A stretch of DNA of 64,000 bases, taken from NCBI GenBank assembly GCA_963804915.1, contig CAWDSI010000005.1, forward strand, positions 46,271 through 110,270, read 5' to 3'. The notes under the pieces were generated by a model. That model had not been told where the DNA came from and did not search any database. It saw nothing but the letters and a program-made list of their open reading frames with translations. The position numbers and the translations under genes are program-made. Source of the stretch: an uncultured Acidobacteriota bacterium. GTDB lineage: Bacteria; Acidobacteriota; Thermoanaerobaculia; UBA5066; Gp7-AA6. This document shows, one piece after another, positions 29,383-39,704 of the stretch (the first letter of the stretch is position 1; each line of letters opens with the position of its first letter).

Positions 29383-30360
29383 TCAGGCGCGGGACCAGGC
29401 CGCTCGAAACTCCGAGAGGGTCTCGCCGCGCGCGCCCCTCGACGCGAGGTGCGCGAAGAGCTTGCCGAGGTGGGCGTAGAGGATTTCGATCTGTTCGGCC
29501 GTCCGGAAGGTCGGGCTTCCGCCGGGCATGAACTCCGAGGAGTGCAGCATGAACTCGATCACCGGCGCGTTCTCAGCGAAGGCCCAGTCCACGACGGAGA
29601 GCATGGATTCGAGGTTGGTTCCCGTCGGACGAAGCCAGCTCAAGGGCGCTCCCCGGAATCGGCGGACGAGCTTGCCGATCCGGCGGTGCTCGAAGGCGCG
29701 GTGGAGCTTGCGGACGGCGGGCGGATAGTTCGGCCGGATCGTCACCGGCACTTCCAGCATCGGCGATGTGCCGCGCCGACGAATGTCGTCGAGATCCAGG
29801 AAGTAGGGTTCCCGTGGAAAACCCGAGTAATCCGTCCCGCCGGCACCGTCCGAGGCGCCCTTGTGCCTCTTCCAGGAGACGTCGGGCGTGACGGAGCAGT
29901 CCACGAGATAACCCGCTTCGACGAGCACGCGCGCGACACGCCCGTCGAATCCCCATCGGCCGGCGCGATGCGACGTCGGCTGGATCTCGAAGACATCGCG
30001 AAGAATCCCTGTCAGGGAGTCGACCTTGGCGCGCAGCAGATCGTCCGGAAGCTCGAAGAGGTAGACGTGGTCTCCCCGGGTCTCCGGGCCGCTCGCGGCG
30101 AGGGGCGGCGAGTTCCAGGGGTGGACGTGCAGGCCGATCTCGCCTTCTTTCGCACGCAGAACCGAGCGCCCGAACTCCTGGTATCGCGGATCGACCGCCA
30201 TTTCGTAGTTGGTCAGGTAGGTCGGTTTGAAGCCGTGCTTCCGGCAGAGGTCCTGGAACCGTGGGAGGTAGCGAGCGTTCTCCGTGGTGACCGTGGCGTG
30301 GCGTCCCCAGATGTCATCGCCTTCCGTGTCGATCGTGATGAGAAATGCCGGGCTCTCCAT
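29383..30360 (-). CDS. Polysaccharide deacetylase-like protein (WalW/NodB-fold)
   Basis: FLITIDTEGD, EIGLHVHPWNSPP, SHRAGRWG, FMLHSSEFMPGGSP; start taken at MESPAF (30360). Confidence 0.85.
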   Translation of the reverse strand: MESPAFLITIDTEGDDIWGRHATVTTENARYLPRFQDLCRKHGFKPTYLTNYEMAVDPRYQEFGRSVLRAKEGEIGLHVHPWNSPPLAASGPETRGDHVYLFELPDDLLRAKVDSLTGILRDVFEIQPTSHRAGRWGFDGRVARVLVEAGYLVDCSVTPDVSWKRHKGASDGAGGTDYSGFPREPYFLDLDDIRRRGTSPMLEVPVTIRPNYPPAVRKLHRAFEHRRIGKLVRRFRGAPLSWLRPTGTNLESMLSVVDWAFAENAPVIEFMLHSSEFMPGGSPTFRTAEQIEILYAHLGKLFAHLASRGARGETLSEFRAAWSRA

Positions 30361-30362
30361 CC

Positions 30363-30436
30363 TCAGTCCTTCAGGGCGTCGGCGAGGACGGAGATGTCCT
30401 GCTCTGCCCGCAGCTGCCGGTGAGGAGGATGCGCAT
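30363..30436 (-). pseudogene. Remnant of a paralogue of the 28214..29266 epimerase
   Basis: MRILLTGSCG (cf. [10 protein letters not shown]) followed, in a shifted frame, by RAEQDISVLADA (cf. [12 protein letters not shown]) and a stop. Confidence 0.7.
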
Positions 30437-30437
30437 G

Positions 30438-31448
30438 TCAGGTCTTGATCACAGGGGTCTTCGCGGGGCGAGGCTTTCGGCGGTCCAAAGGATACCCCTG
30501 GCCGTCCACGCAGGCCATCCATCGTCCGGGCGCCAATTGATGCGCGTCGACGTGGTGCATCTTGTACTTGTTCCATCCGTAGTGGGAGGGCGCCAGCGCG
30601 GCACGATCCAGCGCCGGAGTTTCCTCGTAGACGCGGTCGTCGAGGCGCGTGATCGCGAAGGCGAAGACCTTCCATCCGTACGTCGGCTCATCGTCCTGCG
30701 CGAAGCGCAGCAGACGTCCGTCCTCGAGAGCGATGACCCGTCCGGCCGGGCGCGCCGCGTGCGGGTCGTCGCTGACGATGGGGCTGGCCGGATGCTCTTT
30801 CCAGGGGCCGAGAAGACTCTTCGAAAAGTGGAGCCTCAAGACGTCGTGGGTCGGGACCGACGTGAACATCCACCAGAGACCGCCATGCTCGAAGAGAGAG
30901 GCGTCCACGAATTTCGCGCCCGAGAGGAGCGTGGCCTCGAAGTCCCAGAGATCCGGAAACCTCCGAGCCCGGTAGAGACGGACGGTGCCCGTCTCCCCGC
31001 ACTCCGGGACCATGAACGCCTCCGAGCCACTCTCGAAGACGTAGGGGTAGGAGAGGTGAAACCGTTCGCGTAGCGCAATCTTCTCGTAACGAAAGTCTTT
31101 TCCGTCTTCGCTCGTTGCAAAGCCGATCGAGCCGAGCCCGCGGCGCTTCTCCATGACCTCGAAGAACAGATGCCAGCGACCGTCACGCCGCCACAGAAAT
31201 GGGTCCGCCACGAAGGAGGCCTTGACGTCGTGGACGTCGCGTGCGGTCACGCTCGGCTTTGCGGCGTTGGCGGCTTCCTGAAGCGCGAGAGGGGATTCCA
31301 CTTCGAAGACCGCGATCGACCAATACGCCTCGCCGGCGTCAATGCGCCGGAGGGCTCGGGTCACACGGAGCAAGAAGAACGCAAGCGCCGCATTGGCGAG
31401 CAGGCTCACGGCCAGGATTGCGACGAGGGTCGAGATGGATGCGGACAT
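30438..31448 (-). CDS. Membrane-anchored beta-propeller protein (GH32/GH43-like fold; glucosamine inositolphosphorylceramide transferase N-terminal-like)
   Basis: N-terminal TM; FVADPFL, WHLFFE, HLSYPYVF, GPWKEHPASPI, ARPAGR, HHVDA motifs. Confidence 0.75.
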   Translation of the reverse strand: MSASISTLVAILAVSLLANAALAFFLLRVTRALRRIDAGEAYWSIAVFEVESPLALQEAANAAKPSVTARDVHDVKASFVADPFLWRRDGRWHLFFEVMEKRRGLGSIGFATSEDGKDFRYEKIALRERFHLSYPYVFESGSEAFMVPECGETGTVRLYRARRFPDLWDFEATLLSGAKFVDASLFEHGGLWWMFTSVPTHDVLRLHFSKSLLGPWKEHPASPIVSDDPHAARPAGRVIALEDGRLLRFAQDDEPTYGWKVFAFAITRLDDRVYEETPALDRAALAPSHYGWNKYKMHHVDAHQLAPGRWMACVDGQGYPLDRRKPRPAKTPVIKT

Positions 31449-31476
31449 GACTGAGTTGCGTTCGAGTGTAGATGCA

Positions 31477-31507
31477 GAAAAAATAAGGAAATATGACTAT
31501 ATTTCCT
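31477..31507 (-). terminator. Possible intrinsic terminator (or operator) after folD
   Basis: 9-bp inverted repeat AGGAAATAT-N4-ATATTTCCT (31486-31507) right after the stop, followed on the minus strand by TATTTTTT. Confidence 0.45.
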
Positions 31508-31509
31508 AA

Positions 31510-32439
31510 TTATATTCGGCGTAAACGGGCAGCCATCAAAGTATTTTCGAGCAGCTTGGCCACCGTCAGCGGGCCGATACCGCCCGGAACCGGCGTCAGC
31601 CATCCGGCAACCGCAGCGACGTCGTCGAAGTCCACGTCGCCGACGAGAATTTTCCCTTTCTGTTCGAGGGCCGTCCGGATTCTCTGGGACCTGCGCAGAC
31701 CCTCGGGGGCAGCGTCGAGGTTCAGGGAGTCGAGCCGGTTGATTCCGACGTCGATCACGGCGGCTCCCGGCTTCACGAATTCGCGGGTGACGAACCCCGG
31801 CCGTCCGATCGCTGCGACCAGGATGTCCGCCTCCCGGCAGACGGATGGGAGATCGCGGGTCTTCGAATGACAGATGGTCACGGTGGCGTCGCGCGCCGTC
31901 AGGAGGGCGGCGATCGGCTTGCCGACGATGTCGCTCCGTCCCAGCACGACGGCGCGACGGCCCGATGTCGGAATGGCGTGCGTCTGCAGGAGCTCGAGAA
32001 TTCCCGCGGGTGTGCAAGGCACGAAACGCGGGCGGCCCTGGTGGAGCAGTCCGACGTTCTCGGGATGGAAACCGTCCACGTCCTTGAGCGGATCGACCGA
32101 ATCCAGAACCGTCGCGGAGGAGTGGCCGGCCGGCAGCGGAAGCTGGATCAAAATTCCATCGACGTCGGGATCGCCGTTCGCGCGGGCGACTTCGGCCAGG
32201 AGCCGCTCGGGAGAAATGTCCGCCGGCAGCCGCAGGGTCTCGGCGCGAATGCCCGCCTCGATCGCCGCCCGCGTCTTCGACGTGACGTACGACAGCGACG
32301 CGGGATTCTCTCCGACGAGCAGGACCCGCAGCCCGGGCGCGGGATGAATCTCCGCGGCTTCCGCCCGCAGCTTCTCCCGCAGGGTCCGGGCCAGGGCGTT
32401 GCCGTCGAGCACGACGGCTCGGGCGAGGGTTTCGGTCAT
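31510..32439 (-). CDS. folD: Bifunctional methylenetetrahydrofolate dehydrogenase/cyclohydrolase
   Basis: VGENPASLSYVTSK, DGILIQLPLP, KDVDG, PCTPAGI, GRSDIVGKP, VIDVGINR, TPVPGGIGPLT. Confidence 0.97.
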   Translation of the reverse strand: MTETLARAVVLDGNALARTLREKLRAEAAEIHPAPGLRVLLVGENPASLSYVTSKTRAAIEAGIRAETLRLPADISPERLLAEVARANGDPDVDGILIQLPLPAGHSSATVLDSVDPLKDVDGFHPENVGLLHQGRPRFVPCTPAGILELLQTHAIPTSGRRAVVLGRSDIVGKPIAALLTARDATVTICHSKTRDLPSVCREADILVAAIGRPGFVTREFVKPGAAVIDVGINRLDSLNLDAAPEGLRRSQRIRTALEQKGKILVGDVDFDDVAAVAGWLTPVPGGIGPLTVAKLLENTLMAARLRRI

Positions 32440-32484
32440 CGGACGAGGATATCCGGACTACGCAACGGCCTCAGCCTCGGTGCT

Positions 32485-33927
32485 CTAAGGAGTTCGAGTG
32501 GTCCAGGTCTGCTCGCGCCGGCTGCCGTCGCCGGCCGCCAGGGCGAGTCCGAGGACGCACGCCAGCGCGGCGGGAACCGATGCGGTGGCCAGATTGAATT
32601 CCGCGAGCCCGTCGAGACCGACCGCGAGAAGCGCGCCGATGCCCACGAGCGTGAGCGCGCTTTCTTCGCGGTGCCGCTGGCCGAGGAAACGACGGAGGAG
32701 GAGCACGAGCATCGAGACCCAGGCGAGCAGCGCGAAGAAGGCGCCGACGGCGCCCCCCGTGACCAGGAGCTGCAGGGGGAGGGACATGGCGGATTCCACC
32801 AGGCCCCCGAGCTCGCGTGGTTGAAAGCGGCGGAAGGCGTCGGAGAACGCACCCAGACCGGCGCCGAAGATCGGAAAGCTCTGCCAGGCCTCGAGGGCGG
32901 TCCGCCAGATCGAGAGAGTGCGTTCGGCGGCCGCCGAGACCGCCGCGGGGATCTGCGCGTCGGCGCGGCCGGCGAGCGCGATCCAGGCCACGAGGCCGGC
33001 GGCGATCGAGGAGGCGGGCCGGCGAGCGCGCAGGGAGTGCCGGCCGGCGAGCAGCCAGAGGAGCAGGATCGACAGGCCTGCGGCCGCCATGCGCACCGGC
33101 GAGCGGCTCAACACGATGCCGGCGCCGATGATGCCGAATCCCAGCGTCCGGGCGACGAGCGGCGCCAGCCGGACCGCGAGACGCTCACCGCGATCGGCCG
33201 TGTCGCGGCCGCGATCGGCGTTCGTCAGGACCTCGGCCCAGAAGAAGCCGAATGCCACGGGCAGCAACACGAGCAGGAAGTCGCCGAGCTCGGCGGTCGA
33301 CTCGAAGACTCCCCGAAAGGCTCCCCGCTTCGCGGCGAGGCCCCCCGCCACGACGATCTGGAGGCAGCCCGACAGAACGCCGGCCGCCGCGAACCCCCGG
33401 CGCCGCGGACGCGTCCGCAGAAGCTGCGCCGTGGCCGCGAGCAGGACGGCAGAACCGCCCAGCAGCAGGACAGTTGCGGCTGTCTGCTCGGGTGCGAGCG
33501 AGATGCGGGGCTGGGGGGCCGTTTGGCCGTAAAGGCTAAACAAATCAGCGGTTTCGTGGTAAATTTGAAGGTTCACGGAAGCAATCTGCGCGAGCGTCGG
33601 TTCGGGCAGTGGGATGAGCTGCAGGAGACCGAGCAGCGCCACGGCCAGGATTGACGCTATCGGCAGGAAGAGCGGACGGAGAGACCGAAACGACGACCGG
33701 GAGGAGAAAGTCAAAGCCCCGATTGCGAAGCCGACGGCCGGGATCAGCAGCCGGCCAACCGGCGCCGGAGCCCCGGCGACCGAGGCGGGCAGACGGGCAC
33801 CCTGGAGCCACGGAGCCAAGACGATGAACGCCAGAAGCATGAGAAACGCCAGCCGATCTCTGAAATCGCTGTCGGACGGAACGAGCGCCTCGCGCGCCAG
33901 GGAGGTCCAGCGTTGAAGAAGCGTCAC
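32485..33927 (-). CDS. O-antigen ligase / Wzy_C-like polytopic membrane protein (start uncertain)
   Basis: Many TM segments; R...IWRTALEAWQSFPIFGAGLGAF loop motif; LQLLVTGGAVG. Confidence 0.75.
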   Translation of the reverse strand: MTLLQRWTSLAREALVPSDSDFRDRLAFLMLLAFIVLAPWLQGARLPASVAGAPAPVGRLLIPAVGFAIGALTFSSRSSFRSLRPLFLPIASILAVALLGLLQLIPLPEPTLAQIASVNLQIYHETADLFSLYGQTAPQPRISLAPEQTAATVLLLGGSAVLLAATAQLLRTRPRRRGFAAAGVLSGCLQIVVAGGLAAKRGAFRGVFESTAELGDFLLVLLPVAFGFFWAEVLTNADRGRDTADRGERLAVRLAPLVARTLGFGIIGAGIVLSRSPVRMAAAGLSILLLWLLAGRHSLRARRPASSIAAGLVAWIALAGRADAQIPAAVSAAAERTLSIWRTALEAWQSFPIFGAGLGAFSDAFRRFQPRELGGLVESAMSLPLQLLVTGGAVGAFFALLAWVSMLVLLLRRFLGQRHREESALTLVGIGALLAVGLDGLAEFNLATASVPAALACVLGLALAAGDGSRREQTWTTRTP

Positions 33928-35230
33928 GGACTCATCCTACTCGGACTCTTCGGTTTCGGCATGACGGTCCCCGGTCTCAGCGCCGCGCCGGCGCCGGCGG
34001 ACTTCAACCAGGCGCGGCTCGAGTCGGGGAAGTACCTCTTCGATGAGAAGCGGTACCGCGAGGCGATCGATCAATTCCGGATCGCGGCCTTCGGCTTCCT
34101 CGGCCGCCCGGACTGGCTGTCTTCGAGCCTCGCCCGGCTGGCCCTTGCGCAGGTGGCGGACAGCCGGCCCGAGGATGCGGATGCGACGCTGGCCCGCTTT
34201 CTCGAAGTGCAGCGCCGCTTTCCCTCATATCCCCCTCGGGACCTCGAGCCCGCGAGGCAGGCCGAGTTTCGGGCCCTGCTTCTGAAGCGCGTGCAGGAAG
34301 CCACGCTGCTCGGAATCCCGTCGCTCGCGGGGCTCGTCGAGACCGAGGAGCAGAAGATCGCCCGACTCGCGCCGGCCGACCGAAAGAAGGCTCTCGAAGC
34401 CGCCGCCCGACGCGACCCCTCCTCGGCGGTCTGGGCCGTGGCTCTCGCACGGGAAGCGTCGGAGCGGGGAGACTGGAAGGAAACGGAACGCTGGGCGGGA
34501 ACGGCTCTCGCGGCTCAGCCGAACAACACGGACGCCCTGGCCCTCCGGGCCAGGGCGCGCGTGATGCGCGGCGAGCTTGCGCAGGCGCGCGCCGACCTGA
34601 ACGCCATTCCTCCGGCGGAGTTGGCGAAGCGACCCGGAGCTCTATGCCGACGTGTTCGTGACCGGCGTCGAGGCGGGCGACTGGACGCTGGCCTCGGAGG
34701 TTTCGCCCAGGATTCCCTCGAATCTGATGTCGCGGCCCGATGTCGCCAAGGCGCAGCAGAAGCTGAACGCCGAGCGGCAGCGCCGCACCGCGGAGGCGGC
34801 CCCGAAGACGGCCTCGGCCGCCCCCGCGGGAAACGTCGCCGCGACGCAACCGGCCTCGCTGTCACAACCCAATCCTGCCGCGCGGAGCCGGGAAGTCCTC
34901 GCCGAGAGCCGGCAGCTCGTCCTCGCCGGCAGAGCCGGAGAGGCCCGAGCGGCTCTTGCCGACGCGCTGAAAGCCGATCCGAACAACCGGGAGCTCCGCC
35001 TGGCGCTTCTCGAAGCGGCGTGCCTGTCTCGCTCCTACCGCGACGGGGCGTTCCAGGTCCCGCTGGTCGCTCCTTTTGGCGACACGGAAGCCCCTTCGAT
35101 GTTCTACGCTGCCGTCGTGCTGTACGAGACCGGCAAGGAGGATGAGGCGCGTGGATATCTGAAGCGGGCGATGCCTCGGGTATCCGGACCTCTCGTGGAC
35201 GAGTATTCCCGTAAGATTCTGGGGCAGTAG
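33913..35230 (+). CDS. Exported TPR-like protein, apparent frameshift near 34634
   Basis: GGAGG 7 nt before TTG, signal-peptide-like N-terminus, Ala-rich helical repeats (ALAAQPNNTDALALRARA; ALKADPNNRELRLAL); continues in ORF 34652..35230. Confidence 0.75.
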
Positions 35231-35235
35231 CCGCG

Positions 35236-36600
35236 ATGTTCGAACGCGCTTCGTGCCTCCTCAGACGCCCGCGCGGGCGGGCGCTGCTGGCGACGGCGCT
35301 TCTCGCACTCGCCCTTGCGGCCGCCCCGCTGGCCGCCCAGCAAGCCGGGGGCGGCGGCGTCGGCGGGCCCGCGTTCGGCTCCGACTCCGTGCCTTTGAAC
35401 CGGACGATTCCGGCCAAGGAGGAGATCCAGAATGAGATGACTCGCTCAAAGCTGCGGTTCGGGCCGGCGCGGGTGCTGCCCTCTTTCAACGTCTGGAACG
35501 CCGGCTACGACAGCAACGTCTTCGGCACGAACGAGGACCCCACCGGAGACTGGACGCTTTCGGTGAACGCCGGCGCGACGTTCCTCGTCCCGTTCGGATC
35601 CAAGTTCGTGCTCCGCGCGGATGCCTTCCCGCAATACACCTGGTACAAGGAGCTCAGCGGGCGGGACGAGTTCGGGGGACGGTACGAGGGGTCGCTCTAC
35701 GGCTTCTTCAACCGGATGACAGTCGAGATTACGGGCGGTTACTTCCAGCAATATCAGCAGTACAGCACGGAGCTCGACACCTTTGTCTTTCAGAATTCCC
35801 TCCGGACAGGGGCCAAGGTCGACGTGGACCTGACAATCTCGTCTCTCGCTCTTCGGGTCGGGCGGCTACCAGGATGTGACCTATCGGCAGATCGAAGGCC
35901 CTCCCGGTCAGGAGATACGCGTCCCGCTCAACGATCGAACCGACTGGGGAGGGCGCGGGGGCCTCCGATACCAGATCCATTCCGACTGGAATGTCGGCGT
36001 CGCTGGCGAGGGGACGTGGGCGGACTTCACGATCACTCCCGAGCTCCGGAACAACACGAGTACGGCGGCGCTCGCGAGCGTCGAGTACAATCGAACGCGC
36101 CGGCTCTTCGTCAACCTGATCGGTGGCTGGCGCGAGGGAAGGGGCGTCGACTCCAACTTCTTTCCGGACTACTCGACCGGCGTGGGATCCTTCTTCGTGT
36201 CGTTCTTTCCGATCTCATGGCTCGAGCTCCAGGTGGCACGGCCATCGGAATGTCAGCTACAGCGTCACCGCCACAAACCCGTACTACTTCGAGAACCGGA
36301 TCGGCGGCAAGATCAACATCCAGCTCGGACCTCGCATCCTCCTGAGCGGCTACGGCCAGACGGGGCCGAACAACTATCCGCGTGCCGAGCCGGTCGTGAT
36401 CGACGGCGAGGTCGAGCTTCTCAAGAGGCGGGACGAGTCCGAGCAGTACGGCGGAGGGTTTTCGATCATCGTCTACCGGCCGCTCGTTCTCACCGCCCGC
36501 GCGACGCATACCACAATACGACTCGAACATCCCGACCGCCGGCCGTTCTTACACCCGCTACACGGTGATGCTCGGCTTTTCGGGGACATTCCAGCGATGA
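35236..36600 (+). CDS. Outer-membrane beta-barrel protein of polysaccharide export loci; three apparent frameshifts (~35836, ~36235, ~36513)
   Basis: Signal peptide, GYDSNV motif, alternating aromatic beta strands, reconstructed end YTRYTVMLGFSGTFQR; stop overlaps the OPX start. Confidence 0.7.
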
Positions 36601-37442
36601 AAAGACGGACCGTATCGAGCTTGCTCCTCGCCCTGGCCTTCGTCCTCGCGCGGCCGGGCGCCGCGCAGGAGCCCGCGCCCTCGGGCGATTACGCCGTCGG
36701 GCCCCGCGATCTGATCGAGGTCAAGGTTCTCGAGCTTCCCGAGCTCAACGTCGACCGCCGCGTCACCGACAGCGGGACGCTCGATCTGCCGCTCGTGGGA
36801 TCGATCCCCGTGGCCGGCATGACGGCGTCCGACATCCGGGCGCGGGTCGAGGCGCTCGTTCTCGAGAAATACGTGAACCGGGCGAACGTCTCGGTCGTCA
36901 TCAAGGAGTTCGCGAACAAGCCGGTCTCCGTTCTGGGCGCGGTCCTGCACCCCGGCTCGCTCTCGATCTCCGGCCGCTGGACGCTCATGACCGCGATCAC
37001 GGCCGCGGGCGGGCTCAGCGAGAAGGCGGGCAGCCGCATCCTCGTGCTCCGCCGTGCGGACAACGGATTGTCCGACACGCTCGAGATCCGCACCGACGAT
37101 CTCTTTCAGAACGCGACGGAGCTCTGGAACATCCCGATCCAGCCGGCCGACGTCATCAACGTCGTCCCTCGCACGAGCATCACGGTGTTCTGTCTCGGCC
37201 AGGTCAACGCGCCGGGCGCCCTCCAGTTCGACAGCGAGGACCGCCTCACGCTGCTCTCCGTGATCGCCAAGGCGGGAGGCCTCAGCGACAGGGCCTCGAG
37301 CACGATCCGGATCAAGCGACGCGGGGCCGACGGGAAGGACGTCGAGACCGTCGTCGATTTCAAGCGCGTCGTCGCGGGCAAGGATCCGGACGTCGCGGTC
37401 CACCCCAACGACGTCATCGTGGTGAAGGAGTCTTTCTTCTGA
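36597..37442 (+). CDS. Polysaccharide export (OPX/Wza-like) protein with Poly_export and two SLBB domains
   Basis: Start MKRRTVSS at 36597; DYAVGPRDLIEV, GTLDLPLVGSIPVAGMT, VLGAVLHPG, AITAAGGLS, IAKAGGLSDRA. Confidence 0.9.
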   Translation: MKRRTVSSLLLALAFVLARPGAAQEPAPSGDYAVGPRDLIEVKVLELPELNVDRRVTDSGTLDLPLVGSIPVAGMTASDIRARVEALVLEKYVNRANVSVVIKEFANKPVSVLGAVLHPGSLSISGRWTLMTAITAAGGLSEKAGSRILVLRRADNGLSDTLEIRTDDLFQNATELWNIPIQPADVINVVPRTSITVFCLGQVNAPGALQFDSEDRLTLLSVIAKAGGLSDRASSTIRIKRRGADGKDVETVVDFKRVVAGKDPDVAVHPNDVIVVKESFF

Positions 37443-39685
37443 TGGCCGACCTGGACGATTTCGAAGAGGCGAGCGAAGTCCAGTCGTCACGCGCGGAGTT
37501 CCACCTCGCGGACTACTGGGCCATCGTCGTCAAGCGGCGGCGCCTCATCGCCGTCTGTCTCGCCGCCGGGCTGGTCGGCGGCGTGCTCGCCACCGTGCTG
37601 ACGAAACCGATGTACACGGCGAAGACCGTCGTCGACGTGGTACGGCAGGCCGCGCAGGCCGTGCCGTTCTCCGCCGGCGCCGGAGACACCGGGCAGGCCT
37701 CGGAATTCCTGCCGAGTCAGATCCGACTCATGCAGAGCCGGGAGATCGCGGAGCGCGTGGTCCGCAAGCTGAACCTGCTGGCCGATCCACAATTCAACCC
37801 GAAGCGCTTCGCCGAGTTCCGACCCGACGCGAAGGGCAACGTCCCCAAACCCGCGGACCGCGACGTCGTCGACGCCGCGATCGGCGTGCAGAAACTTCTG
37901 GACGTCACCATCCTTCGCGGCACGAGCCTCGTCGAGATCTCGGCCGTCGTGCCCTCGCCCGAGCTCGCCGCCGCCATCCCGAACGCCGTCGCCGACGCGT
38001 ACATCGACTGGAACGTCGAGTCGCGTGTCCGTCTGATCGGCCAGTCGAGCCAGTTCCTGGCGAGCCAGATCGAGCAGGCGAAGTCCGAGATCGAAGCCAA
38101 GGAAAAAGAGCTCTTCGCCTTCGGCCGTGCGCGTGACATCACGGTGGACCCCAACGCGAAAATCGATCAGACCAACCGGGACCTCGCGGCCGCGGTGACG
38201 GACCGCGTCGCCAGGGAGGCGCGCTACCAGGAGCTCCGGTCGACCCCGCCCGAGGCGATCGCCGACTCGTCGGTCGTGGCCTCGCAGCGCGCGGACCTCC
38301 AGAAGCTGGAGCGCGAGTACGCCGAGAAGTCCAACGTCTACAAGCCCGAGTGGCCGGCGATGCAGCAGCTCAAGGCGCAGATCGAGGACGTGCGCAAGGG
38401 CCTCGCGAGCACGGCGAGCGACAGCGCGAGCAAGGTCGTCCAGGCCGCGCGCAGCGACTATCTGACTGCGCTGCGGCGGGAGGAAAACCTCCGGGCCATG
38501 ACCCGCAGCGAGCAGTCCTCGGCGCTGGCTCAGGGGAGCAGCACCGTCGAATACCGGAATTTCCGCACGGAGATCGACACCAAGCGCGCGCTCCTCGACA
38601 GCCTGCTCCGACAGCAGGGGGAGACGGAGGTCATCTCGCGCGTTCGGGACGATCAGATGACGACGATCCGGATCGTGGATCGGGCGCTCGAGCCCGGCGG
38701 GCCCTTCGAGCCGTCGCTCCAGAAAAACCTGCTCGTGGCCCTGTTTCTCGGGGGCGGCCTCGGACTCGGCCTCACCTTCTTCCTCGCATACCTCGACCGG
38801 ACGATCCGCAGCACCGAACAGGTCGAGCGGCTGCTGCAGCTTCCGCCGCTCGGCGTGATCCCGGCGCGGGGAGACGGGCCGACGTACGGTCCGAAGGGCC
38901 GGACACGGATCTTCGGCAAGGCCGCAAAGGCCCGCAGTCTGACCGGGGAAGAGGCCGATCCGATCGAGCTTTCGCCGCACAGCGAGCCGCGCTCGCCGAC
39001 CGCCGAGGCGTACCGCGCATTCCGCACGGCCCTGATGCTCTCGCGGGCCGGCGGCGTGAAATCGGTCGTGATGACCTCCGCCTTCCCCCACGAGGGCAAG
39101 ACGACGAGCGCCGTCAATCTCGCCGTGGTGCTGGCCCAGCTCGGCCGGCGCGTCCTGCTCGTCGACGCGGACCTCCACAAGTCGCGCCTCCACGAGATCT
39201 TCCAGATCCCGAACCGGCTCGGGCTGGTCTCGGTCCTCGCCGAAGGCATCGAGCCGTCGCGCGCCATCGTGAAGACGTCGGTGCCGGGCGTGTTCGTGGT
39301 CCCGGCGGGCCCCGACGCGCCGAACCCCTCCGGGCTGCTGGCCTCGGACGCGATGCAGAAGTTCCTCGAGCTCGCCGCGGTGAACTTCGATCACGTCATC
39401 GTGGACTCCGCCCCGGTGCTTCCGGTGTCGGACACACTCGTCTTCGCGATGCAGACCGATGGTGTCGTCCTCTGCGTGCGGGGCGGCGTGACCCCGCGTG
39501 ATCACGTCCTTCGGGCGCGCGACCGCATCCTGCGGAGCGGCGGTACGATCGTCGGCGTTCTGATCAACGCCCTCGAGCCCGAAAGCGCGTCCTACTACGG
39601 GTACGAGTACGGCTACGGCTACCGACAGGAGGGCCGTCCCGAGGCCGAAGAGGAGAAGGCCGCTCCGCGCGTGGTGCACAGCTAA
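37442..39685 (+). CDS. wzc: Polysaccharide co-polymerase / tyrosine autokinase (Wzc-like)
   Basis: Two TMs flanking a coiled-coil periplasmic region, EAYRAFRT, Walker A EGKTT, LLVDADL, IVDSAP, Tyr cluster YYGYEYGYGY. Confidence 0.93.
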   Translation: MADLDDFEEASEVQSSRAEFHLADYWAIVVKRRRLIAVCLAAGLVGGVLATVLTKPMYTAKTVVDVVRQAAQAVPFSAGAGDTGQASEFLPSQIRLMQSREIAERVVRKLNLLADPQFNPKRFAEFRPDAKGNVPKPADRDVVDAAIGVQKLLDVTILRGTSLVEISAVVPSPELAAAIPNAVADAYIDWNVESRVRLIGQSSQFLASQIEQAKSEIEAKEKELFAFGRARDITVDPNAKIDQTNRDLAAAVTDRVAREARYQELRSTPPEAIADSSVVASQRADLQKLEREYAEKSNVYKPEWPAMQQLKAQIEDVRKGLASTASDSASKVVQAARSDYLTALRREENLRAMTRSEQSSALAQGSSTVEYRNFRTEIDTKRALLDSLLRQQGETEVISRVRDDQMTTIRIVDRALEPGGPFEPSLQKNLLVALFLGGGLGLGLTFFLAYLDRTIRSTEQVERLLQLPPLGVIPARGDGPTYGPKGRTRIFGKAAKARSLTGEEADPIELSPHSEPRSPTAEAYRAFRTALMLSRAGGVKSVVMTSAFPHEGKTTSAVNLAVVLAQLGRRVLLVDADLHKSRLHEIFQIPNRLGLVSVLAEGIEPSRAIVKTSVPGVFVVPAGPDAPNPSGLLASDAMQKFLELAAVNFDHVIVDSAPVLPVSDTLVFAMQTDGVVLCVRGGVTPRDHVLRARDRILRSGGTIVGVLINALEPESASYYGYEYGYGYRQEGRPEAEEEKAAPRVVHS

Positions 39686-39704
39686 CGGCTTCCGCCGTCG
39701 CCGC

